Below are positions 38,599 through 47,998 of a DNA stretch of 64,000 nucleotides, piece after piece (position 1 is the first letter of the stretch; every line of letters starts with the position of its first letter). Both the position numbers and the translations under genes were made by a program. Location of the stretch: contig CAYSSX010000011.1 in assembly GCA_964434115.1 (NCBI GenBank), positions 3,605 to 67,604 of the forward strand, read 5' to 3'. A model generated the notes under the pieces. It was not told where the DNA came from. It saw nothing but the letters and a program-made list of their open reading frames with translations, and ran no database searches. The stretch is from an uncultured bacterium. Its GTDB lineage: Bacteria; Omnitrophota; Omnitrophia; Omnitrophales; Aquincolibacteriaceae.

Positions 38599-40422
38599 AT
38601 GAAACCCTCTATGCCCTTCCCCCGCGTCAGTTGTATTGTTCCTGTCTTCAATGGAGAGAAGTATTTGTCCGAAACCATCGAAAGCATTCTTGGCCAAACC
38701 TACTCAAACATTGAAACTATCGTTATTGATGACGGCTCCACGGACGGCACCGCCGAAGTTTTAAAGCAGTACACTGGACGGGTCCGGGCGTTTAAACAAA
38801 ACCATTCAGGGCCTTCTGCGGCCCGGAATTTGGGCATTGAAAAATCATCGGGAGAACTCATCGCGTTTCTTGATGCGGACGATCTGTGGGCACCCGAAAA
38901 AATTCAGCAGCAAGTCGAACATCTTCAAGCTCACGCAGAACTTGATGTGTGTTTTACACAGGCCAGGAATTTTTGGATTCCCGAATTAGAGCATGAAAAA
39001 AAGAGGCTTGAGGAAGAAGGGCTCGTAAAATTTATCCACCCCTTTTTGGTCTGCACCTTCTTGGGCAGAAGAGAGATTTTTGACAAAGTCGGGATGTTTA
39101 AGCCGGAGCTTGTGATTGGCGAAGATAGTGATTTTTTTTGCCGGATGAAAGACGCGGGAATTCAAAGCGGTGTTATTTCGAAAAATTTAGTTTTCAGAAG
39201 ACTGCATGAGAGCAACCTCACCCGGAACATGTCGCTGTTCACCCGTGTGGAGCTTCAGCAGAGAGCCGCAGAGGCTCTGGGGAGGTATCGGCAAAAAGAA
39301 GCGGAGGCATCCTGCTCAGAGCAGCCCGGCAAGGCAGAAGGAAAGCCTTCGAGCCGGAAAGATGCCGATATTTTTTTTGAAGCTTTAAGCAAGGTCTATA
39401 CTCGCGCACGAAACAGCCGCGCCGGTGCAGCGGATTTTTATTATTCCATCGCCGGACATACCGTAAAACTTTGTTTTGCCGGGCCGGCACTTATTTCCCT
39501 GATGACCCCGGCACTTGAACATCTCCGAGTCAAGACACAGGAGCGCGCGGAGCTGACAATCGGCCTCTGTGATTTTGATTCTAATGACGTGGTAATGCCG
39601 GAGGTTCCTTGTACCTTTAAGGATTATACGGCGCGCCGGAAAACGACAGAATTTAATGATGATGAATACCTCCGGGCAGACTATCAAGAAAGAGCTCAAA
39701 AGCTCCACGTTCTCCACGCACAAAAAGACGAAGCCTTCTTTTTTGTAAAAAACAGCGCCTCCGTTCTCCAGGCTGATCAAGGCGCCCCGCTTGCCAAAAT
39801 TTTCCGCTGGTGGATGCGAAAAAAGGGGATCCAGCTTGTTCATGGCGGAGTTGTTGGAATGAATGGCACCGGAATTTTGCTGGCCGGAAAAGGGGGTTCG
39901 GGAAAATCGACTACAGCGCTCACCTGCCTGGCCGGAGGCATGGACTACCTAAGTGATGACTATTGCCTTGTCGAGTCCAAGCCGGTACCGGCCGCCTACA
40001 GTTTATATTGCAGCGGTAAAGTGCAGTCCAATAACCTTGACCTTGTGCCCGGGCTTTCGAAGTTAAGCAGTAAGGGCCGCCCGGATCAGGAGTCAGGGAA
40101 AACCCTTTTCTTTGTTCAGGAGCTGTTTCCTGAAAGAATAACCCGGCAACTTCTTCTTAAAGCGATTCTTATTCCCGTGATCGAAGCGCGCCCGCAAAGT
40201 GAACTTATAGGAGCATCGGCTGTCGCGGCGCTTCAGGCCTTGGCCCCGAGCACTCTGTTTCAGCTTCCCGGGTCAAAAAATAAGGACTTTTATGAGCTGG
40301 TTAAGATTGTAGAATCTCTTCCCTGTTATGTTTTCCGGGTCGGAAGCGACCCCGGGGAAGCAACGAGAATCATCCGCGAATTTTTAACCTCTCAAACGCC
40401 GGAAGCGAAGAACAAGGCTTAG
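38599..40422 (+). CDS. Bifunctional-looking protein: N-terminal GT2 glycosyltransferase fused to a C-terminal HPr-kinase-like P-loop kinase domain
   Basis: N-terminus: VSCIVPVFNGEKYLSETIESILGQTYSNIETIVIDDGSTDGT...LDADD (GT-A fold, DxD). C-terminus: LVHGGVVGMNGTGILLAGKGGSGKSTTALTCLAGGMDYLSDDYCLVE, which aligns with the HprK core (lHG..v...G.GvLi.G.SG.GKSe.AL.L...Gh.LvaDD). Confidence 0.7.
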   Translation: MKPSMPFPRVSCIVPVFNGEKYLSETIESILGQTYSNIETIVIDDGSTDGTAEVLKQYTGRVRAFKQNHSGPSAARNLGIEKSSGELIAFLDADDLWAPEKIQQQVEHLQAHAELDVCFTQARNFWIPELEHEKKRLEEEGLVKFIHPFLVCTFLGRREIFDKVGMFKPELVIGEDSDFFCRMKDAGIQSGVISKNLVFRRLHESNLTRNMSLFTRVELQQRAAEALGRYRQKEAEASCSEQPGKAEGKPSSRKDADIFFEALSKVYTRARNSRAGAADFYYSIAGHTVKLCFAGPALISLMTPALEHLRVKTQERAELTIGLCDFDSNDVVMPEVPCTFKDYTARRKTTEFNDDEYLRADYQERAQKLHVLHAQKDEAFFFVKNSASVLQADQGAPLAKIFRWWMRKKGIQLVHGGVVGMNGTGILLAGKGGSGKSTTALTCLAGGMDYLSDDYCLVESKPVPAAYSLYCSGKVQSNNLDLVPGLSKLSSKGRPDQESGKTLFFVQELFPERITRQLLLKAILIPVIEARPQSELIGASAVAALQALAPSTLFQLPGSKNKDFYELVKIVESLPCYVFRVGSDPGEATRIIREFLTSQTPEAKNKA

Positions 40423-40490
40423 AAGGTTAATTTTAAAGAGAAGCGAAAACTCAAAACGGGTACGCATCCCCGTCAGGAAAAATTTCCCAA

Positions 40491-41672
40491 ATGAACTCAG
40501 CAGATAAAAAAGAGCACTCTAAAGAAATACTGTTTATTCTCGAATGCCTTCAGTCGCTTATCCAAAACCGGGCGCCTGAGATAGACTCCCGGCGGATCAC
40601 CGGCCTCGACTGGAATCAGCTCCTCCGATTGGCCCGCGAGCAAAGGGTTCTGGGGCTTTTCGGGCATGTCCTCGAGAAGGGCGGGGCATTTCCTTTGGTT
40701 CCCGTGACGGTAAAAGAGGAAATCGAAAAAGGTGTTCATGAATACAACCAGGGCCTGCTGATCAAAAAGTGGCAATTTGGGTCCATTCACCGTTTATGCC
40801 GCGAGCAGAACCTCGAAATCATTCCTTATAAAGGCGCCGCCCTTGCGCTCACCGTTTTTAAAGACCTGCCTTTTCGCCGCATGAGCGATATTGATATTTT
40901 TATCCGTGAAAGCGATGCTGCGCGCATTTATCCGCTTTTTTTTAAGCAAGGCTTCGCAAGACTTGAAACGCCTTACCCTAACCGATGGCAGGCAGAGATT
41001 CTTCGGGGTGCTTATGCCGCCCCGTCAGGAAGAGAGTCCCTTTTTAAGCAAGGGTGGGACATTGATATTCATAGGCAAGCGAGATATCACATTGAAAAAG
41101 ATATCGTTTCGCTGGATATGCAGGACGTTTGGTCCAGAGCAAAGCCCAGGGCCACGGAGCTTGGAGAGGTCCTTTTTCTCGATGATATTGATCATACCCT
41201 GCTTTTGCTTTTTCACGCGATCGATCTTTTTGCCCCGCATTTCAGCCAGATTGTGGATACCGCCCTGCTGATGAAAAGCTCCGCGATTCGTAAAGAGGAT
41301 CTGATAGCAAGGCTCCCCGGAAACCTCGGCCCGGAGGCCAGTGCTTTTTTAGAAACCGCCAGCGATGCTATCGAAGAGTTTCTAGCGCCTCAGAAAAGGA
41401 GCGGAAATTTTTCAGAAGCAACGATCCGTTTTTTTGATTTGTTTTTTTACAAACGCAAGAGGACCTACGAAGAGCCGTTATCCAGCTCCGGCTGGAAGCG
41501 CCTTGCCAAAAGCCTAAAAGCCATACGGAGCGTTCGCGAGAAGGTGGTGTTTATCGCGGGATTTTTTGTGCCGGATCCAGAATACTACAAAAAGCAAGGC
41601 AAGAGCGGCCTCAGCAGTTACCTTCACCACTGGGGACAGCTGAGCTCGCGTATTTTGAAATCATTTAATTGA
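40491..41672 (+). CDS. Nucleotidyltransferase-family protein (PF14907-like 'uncharacterised nucleotidyltransferase')
   Basis: 393 aa. IPYKGAALALTVFKDLPFRRMSDIDIFI is the nucleotidyltransferase-fold G[SA]...D.D motif. This family is seen in lasso-peptide and other RiPP neighbourhoods. Confidence 0.55.
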   Translation: MNSADKKEHSKEILFILECLQSLIQNRAPEIDSRRITGLDWNQLLRLAREQRVLGLFGHVLEKGGAFPLVPVTVKEEIEKGVHEYNQGLLIKKWQFGSIHRLCREQNLEIIPYKGAALALTVFKDLPFRRMSDIDIFIRESDAARIYPLFFKQGFARLETPYPNRWQAEILRGAYAAPSGRESLFKQGWDIDIHRQARYHIEKDIVSLDMQDVWSRAKPRATELGEVLFLDDIDHTLLLLFHAIDLFAPHFSQIVDTALLMKSSAIRKEDLIARLPGNLGPEASAFLETASDAIEEFLAPQKRSGNFSEATIRFFDLFFYKRKRTYEEPLSSSGWKRLAKSLKAIRSVREKVVFIAGFFVPDPEYYKKQGKSGLSSYLHHWGQLSSRILKSFN

Positions 41673-41682
41673 GACCCGGTGG

Positions 41683-42624
41683 ATGATGCGTCAACAGCTG
41701 CATTTTTTGGATATTACAATTGAACTCACCGGGGCCGCCGATTCAAATTCGCGGACTCTGCTGAAAGAGCTTCAAGGGTATGGCTCAACAGCAATCCGCA
41801 AAGATGTCTCAGGAACACTGAGCATCAAAAAGGCCGCAAACTTCAGAATTCCTAAACAAGCCTGCCTGAAAGGCTTTTGGAGATCTTCGGGACTTCGGCA
41901 CTATGCCGAAACGACAACTCATTTTTGGGTTCAAGGAAAATCAGCGATTGTCAGTAATCTGCATACCCGCGGCGTTGAAATTCATTTGGGCGATAACCCT
42001 TCTGCCGAATTTATTGCCGCGGCTAGAAACGCGATCAAGTGGCTGATCATCAAGGCTGCGGAAAAATCAGGTTATGGATATGCCCATGCGGCAGCCGCTT
42101 ATTTCCGCGGGCGGAGTATTCTTCTGCCTGGAAATCCGGGCGCCGGAAAGTCCTCCTTTGTGATGCGCCTGATGAAAGCCGGAGCCGTGGTCCTTAACGA
42201 TGATGTAACCCTGATTCATCTGGGTTCTGGCCGTATGATCCCGCTGGCCCTGAACCTTCACGTTAAAGGGGATTTTTCTAAACGGTTCAATGTTTCGCCG
42301 CGCGAGCGCTGGGCATGGTTTCGCGATGAGGCGGTAAAAGAAGCCGAAAAGGTCAAAGGGGTGGATGTTATTTTATTTCCACAGGTATGGGCAGCGTCCG
42401 AGAGCCGTGTCAAAAAACTATCGCCCGAAGAAACGGAAATACGGCTGGATGGTATTTACCTGAAAGAGATGTCCTGGAACGCTTTTCCTGCTCCATCGCA
42501 AAGAATGAAATCAGCTCACCGGAAAATGATCAAGAATGCGGACAGCTATGTTTTTTACTGCGGAACACACGAAGCAAAAATCCAGAAGCGGCTGGAGAAT
42601 TTTTTGAAAAAATATGAAGAATAA
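41683..42624 (+). CDS. HPr-kinase-like (HprK-related) P-loop kinase
   Basis: YAHAAAAYFRGRSILLPGNPGAGKSSFVMRLMKAGAVVLNDDVTLI, i.e. P-loop followed by a DD motif as in the HprK C-terminal domain. Confidence 0.6.
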   Translation: MMRQQLHFLDITIELTGAADSNSRTLLKELQGYGSTAIRKDVSGTLSIKKAANFRIPKQACLKGFWRSSGLRHYAETTTHFWVQGKSAIVSNLHTRGVEIHLGDNPSAEFIAAARNAIKWLIIKAAEKSGYGYAHAAAAYFRGRSILLPGNPGAGKSSFVMRLMKAGAVVLNDDVTLIHLGSGRMIPLALNLHVKGDFSKRFNVSPRERWAWFRDEAVKEAEKVKGVDVILFPQVWAASESRVKKLSPEETEIRLDGIYLKEMSWNAFPAPSQRMKSAHRKMIKNADSYVFYCGTHEAKIQKRLENFLKKYEE

Positions 42625-43537
42625 TCAGCGTCCTTTTTTTGTTTTTCAAGGAAAGATGCGTGTTGAGGTCCTCTCAGACAGAGCTGCCGCCAGTCAGTTA
42701 AAACGGCACCAAGACGCCGGGCGGGAGGAGAGGACTTTGCTGGCCGGCCGCCTTAAAATCTATAAAGTGAGAAGGTTCACGCCGCTCAACCACCGGGCGC
42801 TGCGCGCTCACTGCAACGGTCAAACCCGCAGGGAAGAGTATGCAAAGTCCGGGACCCACACCTACTTGGCGCCCACTTTTCAAATCCGCCTCGACAAGCG
42901 GAAGAGAAGCTGCCGCGTCGAATACTTGAAATGGGACTCCCGCCTGCTTCATGAAGTCCGGCTCCTGATACGCTGGATTATGAAATCAGCGCATCTCGAT
43001 CAGGGGTGTGTTTATTTTCCGGGCATTCTGCTGGGCTCTGACGACGGTGGCGGGGTCGCTTTTACGGGGCAGCAGGAGTGTGGGATTTTGGATGCTTTGC
43101 CGCGCGTTTCAGCTTTTGGGAGGGGCCGGCCCGGCAGTTATGGTTTTATCATGAATCCGAAGTCAAAACAGATCACAGCGCTGCCTTTTCCGGGAGTCTG
43201 CAAATATGAGAGCTCCCGGGTCTATGCTGAGGCCTTGGAAAAAACAAAACAGAAGGAGGGGGAAAAGAGCCCCCGCTTCTCCAGGAGGATTGTTTTTGTC
43301 CAATCCTGGAACCGGCCGGACTCTCACCTGGGAAGTCTTTCCAGGCGTGAAGGAGTTCTAAAACTGGATGAGCTGAACCGGAGAGCTTACGAGTATTTTT
43401 TCCCCAGTCAAAGAGAGCGTCTTTTGGAGCGCTACCAAGGCATGCGGCAGCTCAGGTTTTTTCAGCTCAATCTCGGAACAGATTCCGTGAAAGCCGCAAC
43501 GCTGCTTTCACGCTTTCTGAGGGAAGGGAAAAAGTGA
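42614..43537 (+). CDS. Hypothetical protein
   Basis: 307-aa ORF translationally coupled to its neighbours (ATGA overlap). No motifs recognised. Confidence 0.4.
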   Translation: MKNNQRPFFVFQGKMRVEVLSDRAAASQLKRHQDAGREERTLLAGRLKIYKVRRFTPLNHRALRAHCNGQTRREEYAKSGTHTYLAPTFQIRLDKRKRSCRVEYLKWDSRLLHEVRLLIRWIMKSAHLDQGCVYFPGILLGSDDGGGVAFTGQQECGILDALPRVSAFGRGRPGSYGFIMNPKSKQITALPFPGVCKYESSRVYAEALEKTKQKEGEKSPRFSRRIVFVQSWNRPDSHLGSLSRREGVLKLDELNRRAYEYFFPSQRERLLERYQGMRQLRFFQLNLGTDSVKAATLLSRFLREGKK

Positions 43538-44565
43538 AAGAAACCGTTTTTTGTACTGTGGTTTCGCGAAGCTTTTTGCCTGGAGCGTTGGCGCTGTACC
43601 GATCCCTGGAAAAGCATTGCGTTGATTTGAGTTTTACAGCGCTTGTTATAGACATCCATCCGGCCGAGGCGCGCAAACTGTCCGTAAAACTGCCTTTTCA
43701 GATCCTGACTCCCGAAGCGCTTGATGCACCCGGCCTTCGCCGTCTCTGGAAATATTATTCTGTTTTTGAACTTTGCAATGTTCTACGGCCCTTTCTGATC
43801 CGGCATCTCTTGAAAAAAAAGAAGCCCAACCAAGTTATTTATCTCGACTCGGATATCTATGTAACCGGGCGTTTTGACTATATTGAGAAAAAGCTGAATC
43901 AGTACGTTTACGCCTTTACCCCCCACACGCTAAAACCTTATCCGCTGGATTCGTTCGTGCCAAACGACCTGTCTTTGCTGCACTACGGAATTTATAACAG
44001 CGGCTTTCAGGCCTATAGAAACCATCCGCAAAGCTTCAAGGTTCTTGAATGGCTGATGCCAAGGCTCATGCTTTATGGGTTCAATGATCCGCCCCGGTAT
44101 TACGTGGATCAAAAATTTCTTCCGCTGGCAGCAGCCAGTTTCCCGGAAGGTTTTTTTTGCGTGGATCATCCAGGCTATAACATTGCTTACTGGAACCTTC
44201 ACGAACGCAAAATTGAAATAAAAGCAGGCCGTTATTTTACCCAGGGCAGCCCGGCCGTTTTCTTTCATTTCAGCGGATACGATTTAAGACGCCCCGGGGA
44301 ATGGACTCAGCGGGGGAGAAAAAAAGATCCCAGCCAGCCCTCGGGGACAAGCGGGATTTCCCTGAGGAAGCCCGCAAAGCACGCGGTGCCCACGCTCGGA
44401 AAAGTCTTGGCGGAATACCGGGAACTCCTTAAGGGATGCTGCGAGGAATTGAAAGGGGAAAAGAAAGCGGAGCTGAAAAAGCAAACGAGAAATAGAAACA
44501 GGGCCAGGTTTTTTAAAGAGGAGTACCCAAAACTCCTCAAGCAAATAAATCTTTTAAAACGTTGA
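43534..44565 (+). CDS. Putative GT-A-fold nucleotide-sugar transferase (DxD motif)
   Basis: VIYLDSDIYVTGRFDYI DxD context, with its start overlapping the upstream stop. The family assignment is tentative. Confidence 0.4.
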   Translation: MKETVFCTVVSRSFLPGALALYRSLEKHCVDLSFTALVIDIHPAEARKLSVKLPFQILTPEALDAPGLRRLWKYYSVFELCNVLRPFLIRHLLKKKKPNQVIYLDSDIYVTGRFDYIEKKLNQYVYAFTPHTLKPYPLDSFVPNDLSLLHYGIYNSGFQAYRNHPQSFKVLEWLMPRLMLYGFNDPPRYYVDQKFLPLAAASFPEGFFCVDHPGYNIAYWNLHERKIEIKAGRYFTQGSPAVFFHFSGYDLRRPGEWTQRGRKKDPSQPSGTSGISLRKPAKHAVPTLGKVLAEYRELLKGCCEELKGEKKAELKKQTRNRNRARFFKEEYPKLLKQINLLKR

Positions 44566-45664
44566 GGTATTCCGCGTTCTTTTGTTCCACAAAAAAACGA
44601 GCTTTTTCAGACAGCCCTGAAGCCAGCGAATCGTCTTCCAGAACTGACAGAACATGTTTCGAAAACTCTTCAGCGTTCCGACCCACCAAAAAAGCGTCCG
44701 TGTCTTTTAGGCCTCTTGCCCCCAAAGGGGAAGTGACCAAGGGCATTCCAAAGCCAAGGGCCGTCCTATTTTTAGTGCTGATTCCTGTCGCAAAGACCTC
44801 GGCGGAAACAACGACCCTTGCAGATTCAAAAAAGGAATCGAGGGTTTCTTGATACCCCTCAAGGGTCAGGCTGGGGGCTTTTTCTTCGATTAGCTGGCAG
44901 ATAGTTCCCGCAACCGAAAGCCGGGCTTCCGGGCACTGGCTTTGAATCCGCGGCCAAATCTGATGAAAAAAGTATTTGAAATTGGCAAGTCCTACCTGGT
45001 TTGCCGAAGAAAAAAAGACAACATTGTTTTTATTCCTCGGTGAAAATTTATTTTTTACAGGGGTCCAAAGCCCGAGTTCCACAACCGGTCTTGCGGCCGC
45101 CTTTTTGAAATACTCGGCGTCATTTTTTTGGATCGCGAGCAAAAGGTCTGAACGGAGCAGCGCCTTTGCCTCTTCCTCGGGGGAAAAGGAATACCCGTCG
45201 GACAGGGGGATGTTATGCGCGAGAAGCTGCTCATTTCTGTTGGCGTGAACATCATGGGTGTCGAGAATTTTTAAAACCGGAAACGAAAAGTAGTCTAGAA
45301 GCCGAGAAATGGAGGCATACATCACGACCACAGCCTGCGGACGAACAGACTCGAAATGCGCACGAATCGGAGCCTCCAGCCCGTCATCAAACCAGTCATC
45401 GACCCTGCGGATATGGCTGAGACAAATTTTCCCGGAAGACCGCCTCATGTTTTCCCCCTCCGCGTAATCCAGCGAGGCAAAATTTCCCCATTCCTTTTTC
45501 ATTGCCGGCAAATGGTCATCCTTTGCCTGGCGCGAGGTTCGGAGATAGAGGAAGTGGACGTCGTGGCCAAGCTCACGGAGCTTTTGAGTCAGGAAAAAAA
45601 TGCGGGACCGATGACCCGCATTTTGCGGGTGTGTGGCGATGGGGGAGACAATGAGAATTCTCAT
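44537..45664 (-). CDS. GT4-like glycosyltransferase
   Basis: MRILIVSPIATHPQNAGHRSRIFFLTQKLRELGHDVHFLYL is the GT4 N-terminal domain pattern. There is also a C-terminal GT-B domain. Confidence 0.55.
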   Translation of the reverse strand: MRILIVSPIATHPQNAGHRSRIFFLTQKLRELGHDVHFLYLRTSRQAKDDHLPAMKKEWGNFASLDYAEGENMRRSSGKICLSHIRRVDDWFDDGLEAPIRAHFESVRPQAVVVMYASISRLLDYFSFPVLKILDTHDVHANRNEQLLAHNIPLSDGYSFSPEEEAKALLRSDLLLAIQKNDAEYFKKAAARPVVELGLWTPVKNKFSPRNKNNVVFFSSANQVGLANFKYFFHQIWPRIQSQCPEARLSVAGTICQLIEEKAPSLTLEGYQETLDSFFESARVVVSAEVFATGISTKNRTALGFGMPLVTSPLGARGLKDTDAFLVGRNAEEFSKHVLSVLEDDSLASGLSEKARFFVEQKNAEYLNVLKDLFA

Positions 45665-45713
45665 GGGCGGCTATGAAATCATTAAACCCGCCGAAGGGGC
45701 AAGTATTTTCATT

Positions 45714-46781
45714 TTAAATCGGCTCACCGGGCGAAGGAATGTTTTCTAAAAGCCCTTTTAAGGCACGCCGCTGAACAGCGCTCAAGCGCACCCCCTCAAA
45801 GATTTTTGCAGCACGCGCCAATTCAAAGTAACCTTCCTTGCTCTTTTGGGAAAAATTGAAACCGTTTCCCGTGCTGTACTTTACCGCAAGCATGGCGCGG
45901 AACGACTTTGGCTCCCGGTATTGTTTGTGGAGCGCGTTGGCATCAAAAAGGATCACGGTTCCTTTAGGTCCTACACAGTTTACAACCGGGTATTTTGACC
46001 GCACGTAAGCATCAGAATAGAGGGAATCGCTTAAACTCAAGGGAACCCTCCAGGGCCTGTGAGAGCCCTTCGCGATAAGCATGCGGACACTGCTTTCCGT
46101 GACGTCATTTAAAAAGACCAGCATCTTGAGGGTGTTAACGTTATCGCTATGCCATTCGGTTACGATTTCCTCTTCAGGGGGGGATGACGGAGCGCTTAAA
46201 GTGTTGACCACGGTAATCACCGGAAGATCCTGGACAAAGGGCTGATAGCCAAAAATTTGCCCGAGGGCCGAAAGAATCGTTTCATGGAGGGCTATTTTTG
46301 AAAAGGCTTCATCCAAAAGACTTAGGTAGCGAACCGTTAATTCTTTGACGGGTTGGTTTTTGTTCGGGACCGCAGAATAACGGTCGGCAAGTCCGTGAAT
46401 TTGATTTTGAAAATAGCCGGGCAGGATGACGAACCCATCGGATTTAAAGGAGTGTACCCAGGAGCTTATTTCTTGGTTTCGCTGAATATCAGAGGGAAGA
46501 TTTTCTGATAAGCGAAATGATTGCGGAAGGGGAAAAATCTGCCCGTGGGATAGTTTCAGCAGAAACCTTTCCGGGCGCAATAGGTTCTTTATGATAAGCA
46601 GTCCCGGGGAATCTGACCCGATGCGTTTTTCGCAGTAAAGATCCGGAGCGTTTTTTACAAGGCTGCGAGTCATCCAAGCCAGGAAGCCGCTGGTTAAACT
46701 CTTCCAGCCTCGCCGCCACAAGCGGGGCTGATGGTTAGCGATGAACCGGTACGTGTTTGCCATTTTTTTACTAAGCCGCAT
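45714..46781 (-). CDS. Putative PhyH-family Fe(II)/2-oxoglutarate-dependent dioxygenase
   Basis: 355 aa. A TEWHSDNV (H-x-D) motif and a later His-containing segment. The assignment is tentative. Confidence 0.35.
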   Translation of the reverse strand: MRLSKKMANTYRFIANHQPRLWRRGWKSLTSGFLAWMTRSLVKNAPDLYCEKRIGSDSPGLLIIKNLLRPERFLLKLSHGQIFPLPQSFRLSENLPSDIQRNQEISSWVHSFKSDGFVILPGYFQNQIHGLADRYSAVPNKNQPVKELTVRYLSLLDEAFSKIALHETILSALGQIFGYQPFVQDLPVITVVNTLSAPSSPPEEEIVTEWHSDNVNTLKMLVFLNDVTESSVRMLIAKGSHRPWRVPLSLSDSLYSDAYVRSKYPVVNCVGPKGTVILFDANALHKQYREPKSFRAMLAVKYSTGNGFNFSQKSKEGYFELARAAKIFEGVRLSAVQRRALKGLLENIPSPGEPI

Positions 46782-46798
46782 GATGGCCGCTCTTACTC

Positions 46799-47755
46799 TT
46801 AAAGGATAAAGTCATAAGCGCCCAGCCACTGGAAGACTTTGGCGCCAAACCCGCTGTAAAATCGAAATAATCCGTCGCCTCTTCCGGGCGATGAGGAGTC
46901 GGCAGCTGGACGCTGAACACCCCAAAGATCCAAAACGGAGCAGCCCGTCTTTTTTCCGAACAGCATGGCCTGCCACATCAAAGCATAGTTGACCATCGCG
47001 TTTTTATAAACCCGGCTTGAGGCGCCATGAGGAAAGTATAGCCGGTCACCCGCCTTGAAAAGCATCATGACCGCCGCCGTTTCTCCCCGGTAGGTCGCTT
47101 TAAGCAGGTGAAGCATTCCTGTGGGTTTCATGATCTTCCAAAACAAACGCAGGGTTTCTGGTGAATGAGGGTAGGCAATCCCCGCACGAACCACAGTGAC
47201 GTTGAAAAAAAGATGCAGAAACTCCTCAAAGCATTGGTCTGAGTTATCCCGGGTTACCGCGACACCCTTTCTTTCCGCGAGCCGGATATTGTAGCGGGTC
47301 TTAGAGTGCATTTTTCCAAGCAAAGCTGGATCCGGCCCTTCCAGCGAAATAAGCAGTGTGTGCTGAGGATAAACACCTCGCGAATTCAAGCCCCCCTGGG
47401 AATGAATTTTTCTTTCGATCGATCGCTTTTCGGCTTTATCAGTTGAAGTCATAGGGTAAAGCCATCCGTAGCAGGGCTCGATTTTGAGCGAAATACAGGC
47501 GTGCTTTTTCGCGATCGTCTTTAGATAGGAAATCTGTCTGCGGCCGGGAAGCGGAGCTCTTGGAACATAGGCGAGGTTGTGATTCCGGACCACGCTTTTT
47601 TGGATGATAGCCTGGACCCCGAAGCTGGGCCCGGGATCTTCTTTCAAGCGGTGCCGAATGACTTTGAACCCCAGCCTGTGACAGTAACGGCCCCATTCGT
47701 AGGTTTGGAGGGGATGAGAAACACCTTTATTGAATTGGGCCGGGGTCACGTTCAT
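46799..47755 (-). CDS. FemAB-family (FemXAB-like, GNAT-fold) aminoacyl/peptidyl transferase homologue
   Basis: 318 aa. HLLKATYRGETAAVMMLFKAGDRLYFPHGASS...KNAMVNYALMWQAMLFGKKTGCSVLDLWGV matches the FemABX C-terminal lobe pattern (...yyl.Gas....k....yll.weai.wake.G....D..G). Confidence 0.55.
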   Translation of the reverse strand: MNVTPAQFNKGVSHPLQTYEWGRYCHRLGFKVIRHRLKEDPGPSFGVQAIIQKSVVRNHNLAYVPRAPLPGRRQISYLKTIAKKHACISLKIEPCYGWLYPMTSTDKAEKRSIERKIHSQGGLNSRGVYPQHTLLISLEGPDPALLGKMHSKTRYNIRLAERKGVAVTRDNSDQCFEEFLHLFFNVTVVRAGIAYPHSPETLRLFWKIMKPTGMLHLLKATYRGETAAVMMLFKAGDRLYFPHGASSRVYKNAMVNYALMWQAMLFGKKTGCSVLDLWGVQRPAADSSSPGRGDGLFRFYSGFGAKVFQWLGAYDFIL

Positions 47756-47851
47756 TTATCGGTCTCTATTGGAGATTGTTAAGAACTATAAGATTGATCA
47801 AGAGGCATCCGCGATGTAAGCTTTTCATAGTAATCAAAAAAGGACTAAAAA

Positions 47852-47998
47852 GTGGCAAAAAAAAAATCACAATCTCCCAAGCCTAAGACTAAGCTAGCAC
47901 CGCCGAAAGGCAGGCAAAAGAGAAAACCCTATCAAAAGCCTGCGCTTGAAAAACATAGCGAAGTTCAGTTGTGGGCGTTTGGGACCATGGGCGGGTGA
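47852..47998 (+). CDS. Unannotated 48-aa basic peptide, paralogue of the 38450 peptide and candidate precursor/substrate peptide
   Basis: GTG at 47852 with AAAGGA ~8 nt upstream. Translation: (M)AKKKSQSPKPKTKLAPPKGRQKRKPYQKPALEKHSEVQLWAFGTMGG, stop TGA at 47996-47998. RKPYQKPALEKHSEV aligns with KKLYKKPAIKKYERL of the first peptide at the protein level, but with different codons. Confidence 0.6.
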   Translation: MAKKKSQSPKPKTKLAPPKGRQKRKPYQKPALEKHSEVQLWAFGTMGG

